DNA of 64,000 nucleotides from Lachnospiraceae bacterium (GTDB lineage: Bacteria > Bacillota > Clostridia > Lachnospirales > Lachnospiraceae). The stretch is taken from assembly GCA_045616165.1 (NCBI GenBank), contig JAZLGF010000023.1, forward strand, positions 906 through 64,905. The letters are read 5' to 3'. Under the pieces are notes generated by a model. It did not search any database. It saw only the letters and a list, made by a program, of their open reading frames with translations, and was not told the DNA's origin. Shown here piece after piece: positions 9,674 to 19,033 of this stretch (its first letter is position 1; every line of letters starts with the position of its first letter). The translations under genes were made by a program, and so were the position numbers.

Positions 9674-10615
9674 TTAAAATTCTTTCGGGTTGTATCCAAA
9701 ATTCTTAAGTTGGGCGTCTGAATCTCTCCACTCTTTTCTTACTTTAACCCATAGTTTTAAGTTTACTTTTGATTCAACTAATTTTTCTATATCGAAACGT
9801 GCGTTGCTTCCTATCTTTTTTAACATTGCACCGTTCTTTCCAATAATAATTCCTTTATGTGAATCCCTTTCACAAATAATTGTTGCCTCTATATCTACAA
9901 TTGGCTCTTCATGTCCAATACCATCTAAACTCTTAACATATTTAACTCGTTCGTGATATTTATCAATTACAACTGCTATTCCATGTGGCACTTCATCACT
10001 TAAACAATAAAGGGCTTTTTCTCTAATAGTTTCTGCAACTATTTGTTTCATCGGTTGGTCAGTCAATGTATCTTCATCAAAGTACATCGGACCATATGGC
10101 AAATATTTAAATATTTGTTCAAGAAGTGTATCTATATTTTCTCCTTCTCTTGCGGATATAGGAACTATTTCAGCAAAATCAAATTCTTTTCTATATGTAT
10201 CAATAAATTCTAAAACATCTTTCTTATCAACTGAATCAACTTTATTCATCACGAGAATTACAGGAAGGTTTATTTTCTTTAATTCTTCAATAATATATTG
10301 CTCACCTTTTCCTATAAAATTGCTTGGTTCAACGAGCCACATTATAACATCTGCATCCTTTATAGAACTTAGTGCAGCTCCTAACATATACTCGCCTAAT
10401 TTGTTTTTTGCCTTATTAATTCCAGGTGTATCCAAAAATACTATCTGTCCCTTATCGTCTGTATAAACAGTTTGTATTTTATTTCTTGTTGTCTGTGGCT
10501 TATTTGATGTGATTGCAATTTTTTGACCGATAATTTGGTTCATTAAAGTAGACTTACCCACATTAGGTCTTCCTACAATTGCAACATATCCTGATTTGAA
10601 TTGTTTTTCTTCCAT
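9674..10615 (-). CDS. era: GTPase Era
   Basis: G1 GRPNVGKST, G3 DTPG, G4 NKVD, and a C-terminal KH domain region. 313 aa. Confidence 0.95.
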   Translation of the reverse strand: MEEKQFKSGYVAIVGRPNVGKSTLMNQIIGQKIAITSNKPQTTRNKIQTVYTDDKGQIVFLDTPGINKAKNKLGEYMLGAALSSIKDADVIMWLVEPSNFIGKGEQYIIEELKKINLPVILVMNKVDSVDKKDVLEFIDTYRKEFDFAEIVPISAREGENIDTLLEQIFKYLPYGPMYFDEDTLTDQPMKQIVAETIREKALYCLSDEVPHGIAVVIDKYHERVKYVKSLDGIGHEEPIVDIEATIICERDSHKGIIIGKNGAMLKKIGSNARFDIEKLVESKVNLKLWVKVRKEWRDSDAQLKNFGYNPKEF

Positions 10616-10626
10616 ATTTTTCCTAA

Positions 10627-13587
10627 TTAACTAGCAAATAAATTTTTTGTTTCCTTAAATAATTCTTTGCTTTCTTCTATTTTTGTTTCATTTCCAATAA
10701 CACAGATATTTCCGCCGTCTAATGCGTTTTGAATCATTTGTGCTAATGCTTTTATATCTTCTTGCTTGCAATCAATAACTTCGTCTCTTGCCTTTTGAAC
10801 ATCTTCATATGTTGTATGAGTTATAAGTGCCATCATATCCCTTTGGCCTTTCGCGCAAGGTGTAAGCGGACTATCCATGCTACTCATTGTTCCAATAATA
10901 AACTTAGTCATCTCTCTGTCTGAAACATCAAAGTTTTCAAGGAATAAAGATATTCCATCAAATACTTCTATAGAACGTTTAAGATGGGGATCTCTATAAG
11001 TTACAAAACTTGCTATTCCATTTGGTGCTACTGCGCACATACATCCATAAGCTCCGCCTTGTACTCTAATGTTAAACCACATGTATTCATAACTCATAAT
11101 TACCTTGAATACTCTAAGTGCGCCTGTATATTTAGATGGATCATCGAAAAGCAGTCCTGACTTAGCTACATATTGTATTTTTGCGGATGTCTTAAATCCT
11201 TCGTTTTTCTGAACTAATTTTTCCTTGAGATTATATAAATACTTTCTTTCTAATATAGGTGTGTTATTTTTTTCTTTTTTATTTTTTTCTTTAAGCTTTG
11301 TAGCAAATTTTTGCATTCTAGATTCAAAAATTTCATAGCCTTTATCATCACCTGTAAAGCTAATTGCCAAACCTTCTGTATTAAAAATATTATTTACTAT
11401 TTCTTTTATTTTATTTTTTAATTCTACTTTTCTTGATTCATAATTCTTATCAAGTTCTTCAATGAATTTATAAAATTCTATACCGTTAACTATTTCTTTA
11501 AGGTACGAAACTTCACTAAAATATGATGTTGATCTTAAAACAGACGCTACATGGCCCGCCTGGTTAAGGCTCATCTGCAACTTACTTTTAAGTTCTACTA
11601 TAATTTCATATAACCTGTCAGTATCCTCATAATTGCTTTCTAAAACTATTTCTTCAATAAGATCTATACTCTTATCAATATTTTCATATAGTGTTCTTGT
11701 TGAAACATCTGATAATAGTGAATATTTTTTATCATCTGATTTATCAGAATAAACTCCGCAATCAAAGGCAAGCGCTCCTGTGTATATATTTATTTCATTA
11801 TTTAATTGAGCATATGAATAATTTTTTGTATCGACAAAACTAAATATTGATTTTAATAAGCTAAGATATGGTGCATCCTCAGGAGAAATCATATTTGAAT
11901 CTAACAATAATGAAATGTATGCTATTCCGTTTGTATCATATTCATGATAGTACACCGGAATATCTTCTATATTTTTTTCTTCATTTTTAAATTCTTCTGC
12001 TTGTCTTTTTAAATCATCTTTAGAAAGAAGTGGAATTGTTTCAAGAGCTTCTTTTGTTTCAGGTTCTTCCTGGTATGCGCTAAGAGCTTTTGTCTCTTGA
12101 ATTATTTTTTCTATTTCTTCATCAGATAAACTTTGCTTATATTCTTTTAACTTTTTAGCTACTTTTTCTTCGCTCTTTGCTGCAAGTCCTTTTTTAGGAA
12201 CTAGTGAAAAAATCGATGCATGATTATTATTAAGCAAATATTTTTTAATAAGTTCCTCAAAATATCCGCTCTTAATATTTTCTCTTAAGAACTTAAAAGT
12301 ATCATTACAATCTATATGCATCAAAGGCTCATTTTCATCATAAAGCCAACTATCTAAACAGTTTAATCCCCAGATAAGTCCTTTTGGATAGCCTCCAAAA
12401 TCAGCCTCTTTATATTTAAATTCAAGAGAATTTACGCTAGCGATTAACGACTTTTCGTCTAATCCTTCGCAAGCTGCTTTTTCAAATTCTTCATTTATTA
12501 TTTCTATGAAACGATCTTCTTGGTCTGCTTCAGCATTTTTTGCAATAATATTAAAGTAAGGTTGGGCTATGCCATTTTCATATGCACATATGAAATCTTT
12601 ACCGATACCCTCCTTAAAAAGTCTATCTCTTATAGGTGCGCCCTGGGTATCAATAAGTGCATACAAAATCATCTGCATTGCATAATACTGTTTTGAATCT
12701 AAGTTATTTCCACAAACAATATTGTATGTAAGATATGTATTTTCTTTTTCGCTTTCTTCTTCTGAAATAGGATATTCTATACTACTTTTTGCTATTTCGT
12801 TAAATGGTTTTTGAATTTTAATTTGTGAATCAATATCTATCTTTTCATATTTTGATAAATATTCTTTATCTAAAAATTCAAGACGCTCTTCAATATCCAT
12901 ATCACCATATAAGTAAATAAAACTATTTTCCGGATGATAATAGCGCTTATGGAATCCTATGAAATTTTCATAAGTAAGCTCTGGAATATATTCAGGATCT
13001 CCTCCTGATTCAACACCGTATGATGTGTCCGGATATAAGGAATGAAGTATCTCTCTTTCCAATACGCCTTCTGGTGATGAGAAAGCTCCTTTCATTTCAT
13101 TATAAACTACACCGTTATATGTTATCTCATCTTCTTTGTTTTCTAGTTTATAATTCCATCCTTCTTGCTTCATGATTTCTGGATGAGTATAAATATTTGG
13201 ATTTAATACTGCATCCATGTAAACATCCATAAGGTTTTTAAAATCCTTATCATTTCTACTAGCAACCGGATAAACTGTTTTATCAGGATATGTCATTGCA
13301 TTAAGGAATGTATTTAATGAGCCTTTTACAAGCTCAACAAAAGGATCCTTAAGAGGATATTTTTTGCTTCCACAAAGAACAGAATGTTCCATAATATGTG
13401 CAACTCCAGTATTATCTTCCGGTGGTGTTCTAAATCCTATATAGAAAACTTTATTATCATCATCATTTGAAAGAATAAAAATTCTGGCGCCACTTTTTTT
13501 ATGTTTCAAAAGGAACGCCTTACTTTTTAAGTCTTCAACATATTTTTCAAAAATTACTTCATAGTTTTGATTCATGCTTTTCTCCAA
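10627..13587 (-). CDS. M16 family (PreP-like, M16C) zinc metallopeptidase
   Basis: 986-aa ORF with the inverted zinc motif HIMEH (HxxEH) near the N-terminus. Confidence 0.85.
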   Translation of the reverse strand: MEKSMNQNYEVIFEKYVEDLKSKAFLLKHKKSGARIFILSNDDDNKVFYIGFRTPPEDNTGVAHIMEHSVLCGSKKYPLKDPFVELVKGSLNTFLNAMTYPDKTVYPVASRNDKDFKNLMDVYMDAVLNPNIYTHPEIMKQEGWNYKLENKEDEITYNGVVYNEMKGAFSSPEGVLEREILHSLYPDTSYGVESGGDPEYIPELTYENFIGFHKRYYHPENSFIYLYGDMDIEERLEFLDKEYLSKYEKIDIDSQIKIQKPFNEIAKSSIEYPISEEESEKENTYLTYNIVCGNNLDSKQYYAMQMILYALIDTQGAPIRDRLFKEGIGKDFICAYENGIAQPYFNIIAKNAEADQEDRFIEIINEEFEKAACEGLDEKSLIASVNSLEFKYKEADFGGYPKGLIWGLNCLDSWLYDENEPLMHIDCNDTFKFLRENIKSGYFEELIKKYLLNNNHASIFSLVPKKGLAAKSEEKVAKKLKEYKQSLSDEEIEKIIQETKALSAYQEEPETKEALETIPLLSKDDLKRQAEEFKNEEKNIEDIPVYYHEYDTNGIAYISLLLDSNMISPEDAPYLSLLKSIFSFVDTKNYSYAQLNNEINIYTGALAFDCGVYSDKSDDKKYSLLSDVSTRTLYENIDKSIDLIEEIVLESNYEDTDRLYEIIVELKSKLQMSLNQAGHVASVLRSTSYFSEVSYLKEIVNGIEFYKFIEELDKNYESRKVELKNKIKEIVNNIFNTEGLAISFTGDDKGYEIFESRMQKFATKLKEKNKKEKNNTPILERKYLYNLKEKLVQKNEGFKTSAKIQYVAKSGLLFDDPSKYTGALRVFKVIMSYEYMWFNIRVQGGAYGCMCAVAPNGIASFVTYRDPHLKRSIEVFDGISLFLENFDVSDREMTKFIIGTMSSMDSPLTPCAKGQRDMMALITHTTYEDVQKARDEVIDCKQEDIKALAQMIQNALDGGNICVIGNETKIEESKELFKETKNLFAS

Positions 13588-14448
13588 TTAATCAAATAAT
13601 TCTTTTGCATATTCTTTTGCATCAAATTTCTTAAGGTCTTTTGCGCTTTCTCCAACTCCAATATAAAGAACTGGTATATTAAGCTCTTTTGTTATTGCAA
13701 CAGCAATTCCGCCTTTTGCGGTCCCATCAAGTTTAGTTAAAATAACTCCATCAACATTCATTACTTCCTTAAATTCTTTTGCTTGTTGCAAAGCATTTTG
13801 TCCTGTTGTTGCGTCTAATACTATAAGATTTTTTCTTTTAGCATCAGCATACTCTCCTGCCAAAATCTTATCTATCTTTCCAAGTTCATTCATTAAATTC
13901 TTTTTATTGTGAAGTCTTCCTGCTGTATCACAAAGAAGTATATCGGCTTTCCTAGCCTTTGCCGCCTGGGCCGCATCAAAGATTACTGAACCCGGGTCCG
14001 AACCTTCTTTTCCTGAAACCATATAACATCCAGTACGTTCTGACCAAATCTTAAGTTGCTCTTCTGCAGCAGCTCTGAAAGTATCAGCACCTGCTAATAT
14101 AACCTTTTTGCCCTCTTCTTTATATCTATTTGCAAGTTTTCCAATCGTAGTTGTCTTTCCTACGCCGTTCACTCCAATAACTAAGATAACGCTTCTTTCA
14201 TTTTCAAAATCAAAAGCATCCTCGGAAAGAGCCATAATATTTTCAATTTTATTCATGACAAATTCTTTTGCTTCGTCCTGGGTTTTCACCTCATGAAAAT
14301 TCACATTAAGTTTTAAGTTTTCTACAAGCTCTTCAGTTGCACTTACTCCCATATCTCCAAGAATAAGTGTTTCTTCCATTTCTTCATAGAAATCTTCATC
14401 AATTTTTTTGCTGTTATTAAAAAGGTTTGAGAAAAAACTTTTAGCCAT
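13588..14448 (-). CDS. ftsY: Signal recognition particle receptor FtsY (short form without acidic A domain)
   Basis: Motifs GVNGVGKTTTIGKLA, DTAGR and LTKLDG. 286 aa. Confidence 0.9.
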   Translation of the reverse strand: MAKSFFSNLFNNSKKIDEDFYEEMEETLILGDMGVSATEELVENLKLNVNFHEVKTQDEAKEFVMNKIENIMALSEDAFDFENERSVILVIGVNGVGKTTTIGKLANRYKEEGKKVILAGADTFRAAAEEQLKIWSERTGCYMVSGKEGSDPGSVIFDAAQAAKARKADILLCDTAGRLHNKKNLMNELGKIDKILAGEYADAKRKNLIVLDATTGQNALQQAKEFKEVMNVDGVILTKLDGTAKGGIAVAITKELNIPVLYIGVGESAKDLKKFDAKEYAKELFD

Positions 14449-15235
14449 TAACTTCCTCCAATGTAAATCTTCCTAACTTCCCGTTTCTAAAATTTTCCAG
14501 TAACATGTTGGCTGCTCTTAAAGTATCAAATTGGCCCCCAGATTTTAGGCAGCCCCTTTTCTTAGCATAATCTTCAAGTGATTCAAAGCCTGTATCTACC
14601 GTCTTTATAAGTTCGCTTGCTAATTCTTCGACATTTATTATTTCATCATTTATTGAGCCAATAAGAGCGATATTTAGTCCTATTTTTTCATCATCAAATT
14701 TTGGCCATAAAATTCCCGGCGTATCAAGTAACTCTAATGTGCTACTTAATTTTATCCATTGTTTTCCTTTAGTAACTCCCGGTTTATTTCCGGTCTTAGT
14801 TGCTGCCTTTTTTGCATATGTATTAATAAATGTGCTCTTTCCTACGTTTGGTATTCCTACCACCATAGCACGAACCGGTCTATTTTTAATTCCTCTTTTT
14901 CTATCTCTTTCTATTTTTTCTGCACATGCTTTATTTACAACCGAATTTATCTGTTTCATGTCTGCTGCGTTTTTTGAATTTATCATGCAAACGTTAAGTC
15001 CTTGTTCGGTAAAATACTGATACCACTGCTTTGTCTTTTTCTCATCTGCAAGGTCACATTTATTCATTAAAATAAGACGAGCTTTCCCAGGTGCTATAGT
15101 ATCAATATCAGGATTGCGACTTGATAAAGGTATGCGTGCATCTATAAGCTCAATAACTAAATCTATGAGCTTAATATCTTCTTGCATCTGTCTTTTTGCT
15201 TTGGTCATATGACCTGGGTACCATTGAATATTCAT
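14441..15235 (-). CDS. rbgA: Ribosome biogenesis GTPase A (YlqF/RbgA), circularly permuted GTPase
   Basis: G4 NKCDL precedes G1 GIPNVGKST and G3 DTPG. The gene lies next to rplS, as in Bacillus. Confidence 0.9.
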   Translation of the reverse strand: MNIQWYPGHMTKAKRQMQEDIKLIDLVIELIDARIPLSSRNPDIDTIAPGKARLILMNKCDLADEKKTKQWYQYFTEQGLNVCMINSKNAADMKQINSVVNKACAEKIERDRKRGIKNRPVRAMVVGIPNVGKSTFINTYAKKAATKTGNKPGVTKGKQWIKLSSTLELLDTPGILWPKFDDEKIGLNIALIGSINDEIINVEELASELIKTVDTGFESLEDYAKKRGCLKSGGQFDTLRAANMLLENFRNGKLGRFTLEEVNG

Positions 15236-15284
15236 AACAATTTATTATATCATAACTATTACTTTCATGCCTTAAAATAAAGCA

Positions 15285-15314
15285 AAGAAAAAGGAGTTCA
15301 TTTGAACTCCTTTG
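15285..15314 (-). terminator. Rho-independent terminator after rplS
   Basis: Stem AAGGAGTT/AACTCCTT (within 15291-15312), followed on the minus strand by TTTTT. Confidence 0.65.
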
Positions 15315-15320
15315 GCTTTA

Positions 15321-15668
15321 CTATCTAAGTACTTCTTTAACTTTAGCACTCTTGCCTGTTCTTTGACGTAAGTAGTTAAGTTTAGCTCTTCTGACTTTAC
15401 CTTTTCTTACAACCTCGATTTTCTCGATTGTTGGAGAATGAAGTGGCCATGTCTTTTCAACGCCTACACCGTTAGATGTTTTTCTAACTGTAAATGTTTC
15501 TCTAGCGCCACCGCCTTGTCTTTTAAGAACTGTACCTTCGAAAACCTGTACTCTTTCTCTGTTACCTTCTTTGATCTTGGCTGATACTTTAACTGTATCA
15601 CCTACATTGAAGTCGTCAACTTTCTCTTTAAGCTGACCTGCCTCGATCTTTTTAATGATTTCGTTCAT
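15321..15668 (-). CDS. rplS: 50S ribosomal protein L19
   Basis: 115-aa [31 protein letters not shown]..., canonical L19. Confidence 0.97.
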   Translation of the reverse strand: MNEIIKKIEAGQLKEKVDDFNVGDTVKVSAKIKEGNRERVQVFEGTVLKRQGGGARETFTVRKTSNGVGVEKTWPLHSPTIEKIEVVRKGKVRRAKLNYLRQRTGKSAKVKEVLR

Positions 15669-15777
15669 TGCGTGACCTCCTAATTAAAAAATTTCGATGT
15701 TCTTAATACTTAAGCCGCATCTTTTTGATGCCAAGGCCACTTCGTAACAGCGGACCATCTGTTTCACAGCAAGAAAT
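15669..15777 (-). promoter_or_regulatory. Structured 5' leader of rplS (possible L19 autoregulatory leader)
   Basis: The ~110-nt untranslated leader contains small perfect hairpins on the minus-strand RNA (GCAUC-AAAAA-GAUGC, CUUAA-GUA-UUAAG). L19 leaders are known in low-GC Gram-positives. I cannot verify the consensus from memory. Confidence 0.3.
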
Positions 15778-15806
15778 AGTTTATCACAGCCTAAATGCTA
15801 TTGCAA
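15778..15806 (-). promoter_or_regulatory. Predicted sigma-A promoter of rplS
   Basis: Minus strand reads TTGCAA, a 17-nt spacer, then TAAACT, with TG at the extended -10 position. Confidence 0.4.
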
Positions 15807-15809
15807 GGC

Positions 15810-16373
15810 TTATTTTATAGCCTTTTTATCTGTTTTTAAGGAAGTATAACTCCTTGAAACACAAACTTTATCCTGCCCGCTGTCGCTCCAATCTTTTTTT
15901 ACATTTTCAATGTCATATACATTAATATCTTTTCTATCTGTACTGATTTTTATTTCTTCATCAAACATCCAACCTTTGGAAAAAGAATAAACATTATAAT
16001 TAGTAAATATTATTAAAGCTTGATCTATTTTGATTTCATATTCTCCATCATTCACGTTGATGATGTCTGTTACAATTTGAACATCTTTAACTTTTTCATC
16101 TATCATATATTCTTTTGTTTCAATACCATATGGAAATTCGTCTGTTAATTTAACTTTCACACAAGAAAAATAAGCAACATCTTCTTTGGCTCCAAAAAAC
16201 TCAACCGGCTTTTGCTCATTTGAAAAATCAATTGCAAATGTCCCCATATTTATTCTTAAAAATTGCATAGGATTGTATCTATCTTCTAATGAATACTCAT
16301 ATGATTTGAAAGTTTTTCCTATCATTTCTTTTAATGTGTTTTTCATTTTTTTATCAAAACATGCGTTAATCAT
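15810..16373 (-). CDS. Hypothetical protein, 187 aa, D/E-rich, no TM segment (last gene of the unknown four-gene operon)
   Basis: ORF starts 2 nt after the stop of the 138-aa ORF. I recognise no family. Confidence 0.6.
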   Translation of the reverse strand: MINACFDKKMKNTLKEMIGKTFKSYEYSLEDRYNPMQFLRINMGTFAIDFSNEQKPVEFFGAKEDVAYFSCVKVKLTDEFPYGIETKEYMIDEKVKDVQIVTDIINVNDGEYEIKIDQALIIFTNYNVYSFSKGWMFDEEIKISTDRKDINVYDIENVKKDWSDSGQDKVCVSRSYTSLKTDKKAIK

Positions 16374-16375
16374 TT

Positions 16376-16792
16376 CTAATCCTCCACAAAAAAGTGAATT
16401 TTTTGAGTTTTTATACTCTTTTCACCTATTACATTAATATCTACTGCTGGGCTTCCTTTTGTGCTAGTAATTATTCTATGTGTGATCCATGTTCCATCAT
16501 CAAGACGAACTCTACTTCCTTTTCCATTTGCCAAAGGCCCTTTTTTACCACCCGTAGCTAATTTTTCAAAAAAATCTATCGAGTCACCTATTGGATCATT
16601 CGTTTTATAAACTCGTGCATTTTTCCCTGGTTGAGCAAAATACCCATTAGAAGTCAGTCCATATTTGTCCTTAACCAATAGCGCATTTTCCTCAATTGAA
16701 GATTTTTTCTTGGTATTTTTTGGGGCTATGCTTTCAGAAATATCCTCAGTACCTACCGTATTGGAATAATTACCTCCATATCCACTTCCCAT
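16376..16792 (-). CDS. Hypothetical small basic protein, 138 aa, with a G/S-rich N-terminus
   Basis: Its ATG overlaps the stop of the upstream DUF4417 gene by 1 nt (16792). The C-terminal part GKGSRVRLDDGTWITHRIITSTKGSPAVDINV...KIHFF is reminiscent of stand-alone toxin-type modules, but I cannot name a family. Confidence 0.55.
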   Translation of the reverse strand: MGSGYGGNYSNTVGTEDISESIAPKNTKKKSSIEENALLVKDKYGLTSNGYFAQPGKNARVYKTNDPIGDSIDFFEKLATGGKKGPLANGKGSRVRLDDGTWITHRIITSTKGSPAVDINVIGEKSIKTQKIHFFVED

Positions 16793-17499
16793 TATTTTTC
16801 ACTCCTAATATAGCTTGTCCAATCTGGATATTTTACAAATTCTGTATCGTACTTGTAATCATCAAATATTTCTTCTGGCATGGCGCCATAAACCAAAACA
16901 ACTTCCGGCTCAAGTGTTTCAAGCATGGCCTCTAAACCAGCTCTAAAGTGATGCTTTTCAGACTTTGTTTTTACTACTCCATACGAACCTATAGATACTA
17001 TACTGTGTTTTTCAACTCCTAAAAAAGCTATTGGTTCTGGAAATAATTTAGTTGTATACGTTCTTTCATCCCCCCATCTAACATTAGGAATAACATAAAC
17101 TCCTCTTTTTTGCATATAGTATCCTATTGCTTGACTTCGATATTTATTAATTACTTGAGCTGCATATGGCATGTCCCAGTATAATGATGCATCCGGAGAT
17201 ATAAATGCCTGATATTTTTTTAATTCACTTATATAATTATCCGTATATCTTAAAAGGTCAGCAAAATCTCTATCTAATTCATATTCACAAACTGCAAATT
17301 TTTCAGGCTCAACTCTATCCATCTTACTAAATGGCACCATTCCTTTTGGTATCATTATTTTTTTTGGCTTTTTAATAATTGGAATTTCAAAAATTCCATC
17401 AAAATCTGCGCCTTTGACTAATTCCGGATTACATCCATCTGTAATAACAGCCAATCTTTCCTTTTCTTTTGCAATCTGTTTTCTTGTTTTCGTTGACAT
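16792..17499 (-). CDS. DUF4417 domain-containing protein
   Basis: 235-aa ORF. Assignment to DUF4417 is from my memory of the family (FISPDASLYWDMP...YYMQKRGVYVIPNVRWGDERTY...VLVYG) and is not verified. Confidence 0.55.
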   Translation of the reverse strand: MSTKTRKQIAKEKERLAVITDGCNPELVKGADFDGIFEIPIIKKPKKIMIPKGMVPFSKMDRVEPEKFAVCEYELDRDFADLLRYTDNYISELKKYQAFISPDASLYWDMPYAAQVINKYRSQAIGYYMQKRGVYVIPNVRWGDERTYTTKLFPEPIAFLGVEKHSIVSIGSYGVVKTKSEKHHFRAGLEAMLETLEPEVVLVYGAMPEEIFDDYKYDTEFVKYPDWTSYIRSEK

Positions 17500-17523
17500 A
17501 TTTATTTCCCTTCTTTTAAGAAT

Positions 17524-18831
17524 TTAATCTCTTAAGCATCCTATTGGTATTATTTTTACTCCATTATCAGTAATGTATCCATATTGTGCTGTTGCACAAA
17601 TCACGATTAATGCTGATGGTTCTCTATATATAGTTCCAGGGTGTTTTGAGTTTTTAGACGCCTCTTCATTATGTTTTTTTATTACATCCTTAAATTTTAA
17701 AAGTGTCGTCTCCGCTTCTGGTATTTTATTTGTACCCGTCTTAATTTCGATTAAAGCATATCTTCCATCTTCCATTTGATATACTGCATCTGCTTCAAGA
17801 CCTGTATCATCCGTGTAATGCAAAATTCGAGCATTATGAGCTTCAGCATAAACTATTAAATCTCGCAATACTAAATTTTCAAAAACATGTCCAAAAAAAT
17901 CCAAATCATTAATAAAATAGTCTGGGTTAATACCTAATGCTGCCAATCCAATTGAAGTATCAACAAATATATGTTTTTTCCCACTTCGTATTGCTGTTTT
18001 TGATCTAATCTGCGGTGTCCATGCATCTATATCTCTTATAACAAATAATTCTTCTAATTTTTCAACATAAGAATCTAATGTTACATCTGTCACATTTTGT
18101 GTAGCCTTAACATCTGCATAAATAACTTTCTTTTTTGCTTTCGTAGCCATATTTCGTGCGTATGACCATAAAAGCGTTCTAGCCCACTCTGGGTTTCTTT
18201 CAACTCCGTCTATAGCACTAATATCTACCTGATAAATTCTTCTATAATAATCTTTTGCTATTTCTAATTTTGCATTCTTGCTTTTTAAGGCCATACACCT
18301 CGGCCACCCACCTCTACAAACAATGTAGAATAATTCTTCTAAAGATAAGCTTGTGTTTGCTCCTTCTAATTTATAATTTTCCTCTTCTACAATTTTTGAT
18401 AAAGATATTTGTCCATTTGATTCTCCTGTTTCCCACAAGGTCATTGGAAACATACTTAATTCTGTGATTCTCCCCGTTCCTGTGTGTGGTGTTATGACCT
18501 TTTTGCTAGATGAACCTGTCAAATAATATTCTCCCACACTTTCAGGATTATCATCACAATCTTTACGAATTGTTCCCCATATTTTTACAGCATCTTGCCA
18601 TTCATCAAACAGTATTGGTTTACTATTTTTTAAAAACAAATTTGGTGCCGTTTCTGCTACAGCTAAATAGCCATCCCTTTTTTCTTCATCTTGAAATTCA
18701 ATTACAGTACTGCATCTCTCTTTAGCTGTTCTGGTTTTTCCACAACCTTTTGGCCCAATAATGTTTATAGCATTAAATGCTTCTTTGCGTTTATCTATAA
18801 TATCATCAACAATTCTTCTTATATATTCCAT
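17524..18831 (-). CDS. P-loop ATPase of the AAA_14/DUF4143 (COG1373) type
   Basis: 435-aa ORF with Walker A GPKGCGKT and Walker B-like ILFDEWQD. The C-terminal half is typical of DUF4143 proteins. AAGGAG SD is present. Confidence 0.7.
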   Translation of the reverse strand: MEYIRRIVDDIIDKRKEAFNAINIIGPKGCGKTRTAKERCSTVIEFQDEEKRDGYLAVAETAPNLFLKNSKPILFDEWQDAVKIWGTIRKDCDDNPESVGEYYLTGSSSKKVITPHTGTGRITELSMFPMTLWETGESNGQISLSKIVEEENYKLEGANTSLSLEELFYIVCRGGWPRCMALKSKNAKLEIAKDYYRRIYQVDISAIDGVERNPEWARTLLWSYARNMATKAKKKVIYADVKATQNVTDVTLDSYVEKLEELFVIRDIDAWTPQIRSKTAIRSGKKHIFVDTSIGLAALGINPDYFINDLDFFGHVFENLVLRDLIVYAEAHNARILHYTDDTGLEADAVYQMEDGRYALIEIKTGTNKIPEAETTLLKFKDVIKKHNEEASKNSKHPGTIYREPSALIVICATAQYGYITDNGVKIIPIGCLRD

Positions 18832-18853
18832 AAACGATATCTCCTTCAGTTAT

Positions 18854-18882
18854 ATAATAAAACTTCAAGTGCAATTATTCAA
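18854..18882 (-). promoter_or_regulatory. Predicted sigma-A promoter of the four-gene operon
   Basis: Minus strand reads TTGAAT, a 17-nt spacer, then TATTAT, about 20 nt upstream of the SD. A direct repeat GCACTTGAA x2 overlaps the -35 and spacer. Confidence 0.45.
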
Positions 18883-19033
18883 GTGCATTTTGTATTTTTC
18901 GGCAATTTTATTTTGTGTTTTTCGGATTTTGTTTGTGAATAACATGAATCATAAACATAATAAAATGCAGATTAAGCGCAATATAAATTCCATGTTTATG
19001 AAAAGATATTAAAAATGTTCGTTTTAACTAACA

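Noticed and set aside
18948-19001. A 10-bp inverted repeat TCATAAACAT/ATGTTTATGA downstream of hemW. It shares the CATAAAC core with the boxes at 33.7-33.9 kb, suggesting a link between the island and the palindrome.
   Set aside because: The shared core is only 7 nt. My rough estimate gives on the order of ten chance occurrences of such an AT-rich 7-mer in 64 kb on both strands. The flanking bases differ (TCATAAAC versus CCATAAAC).
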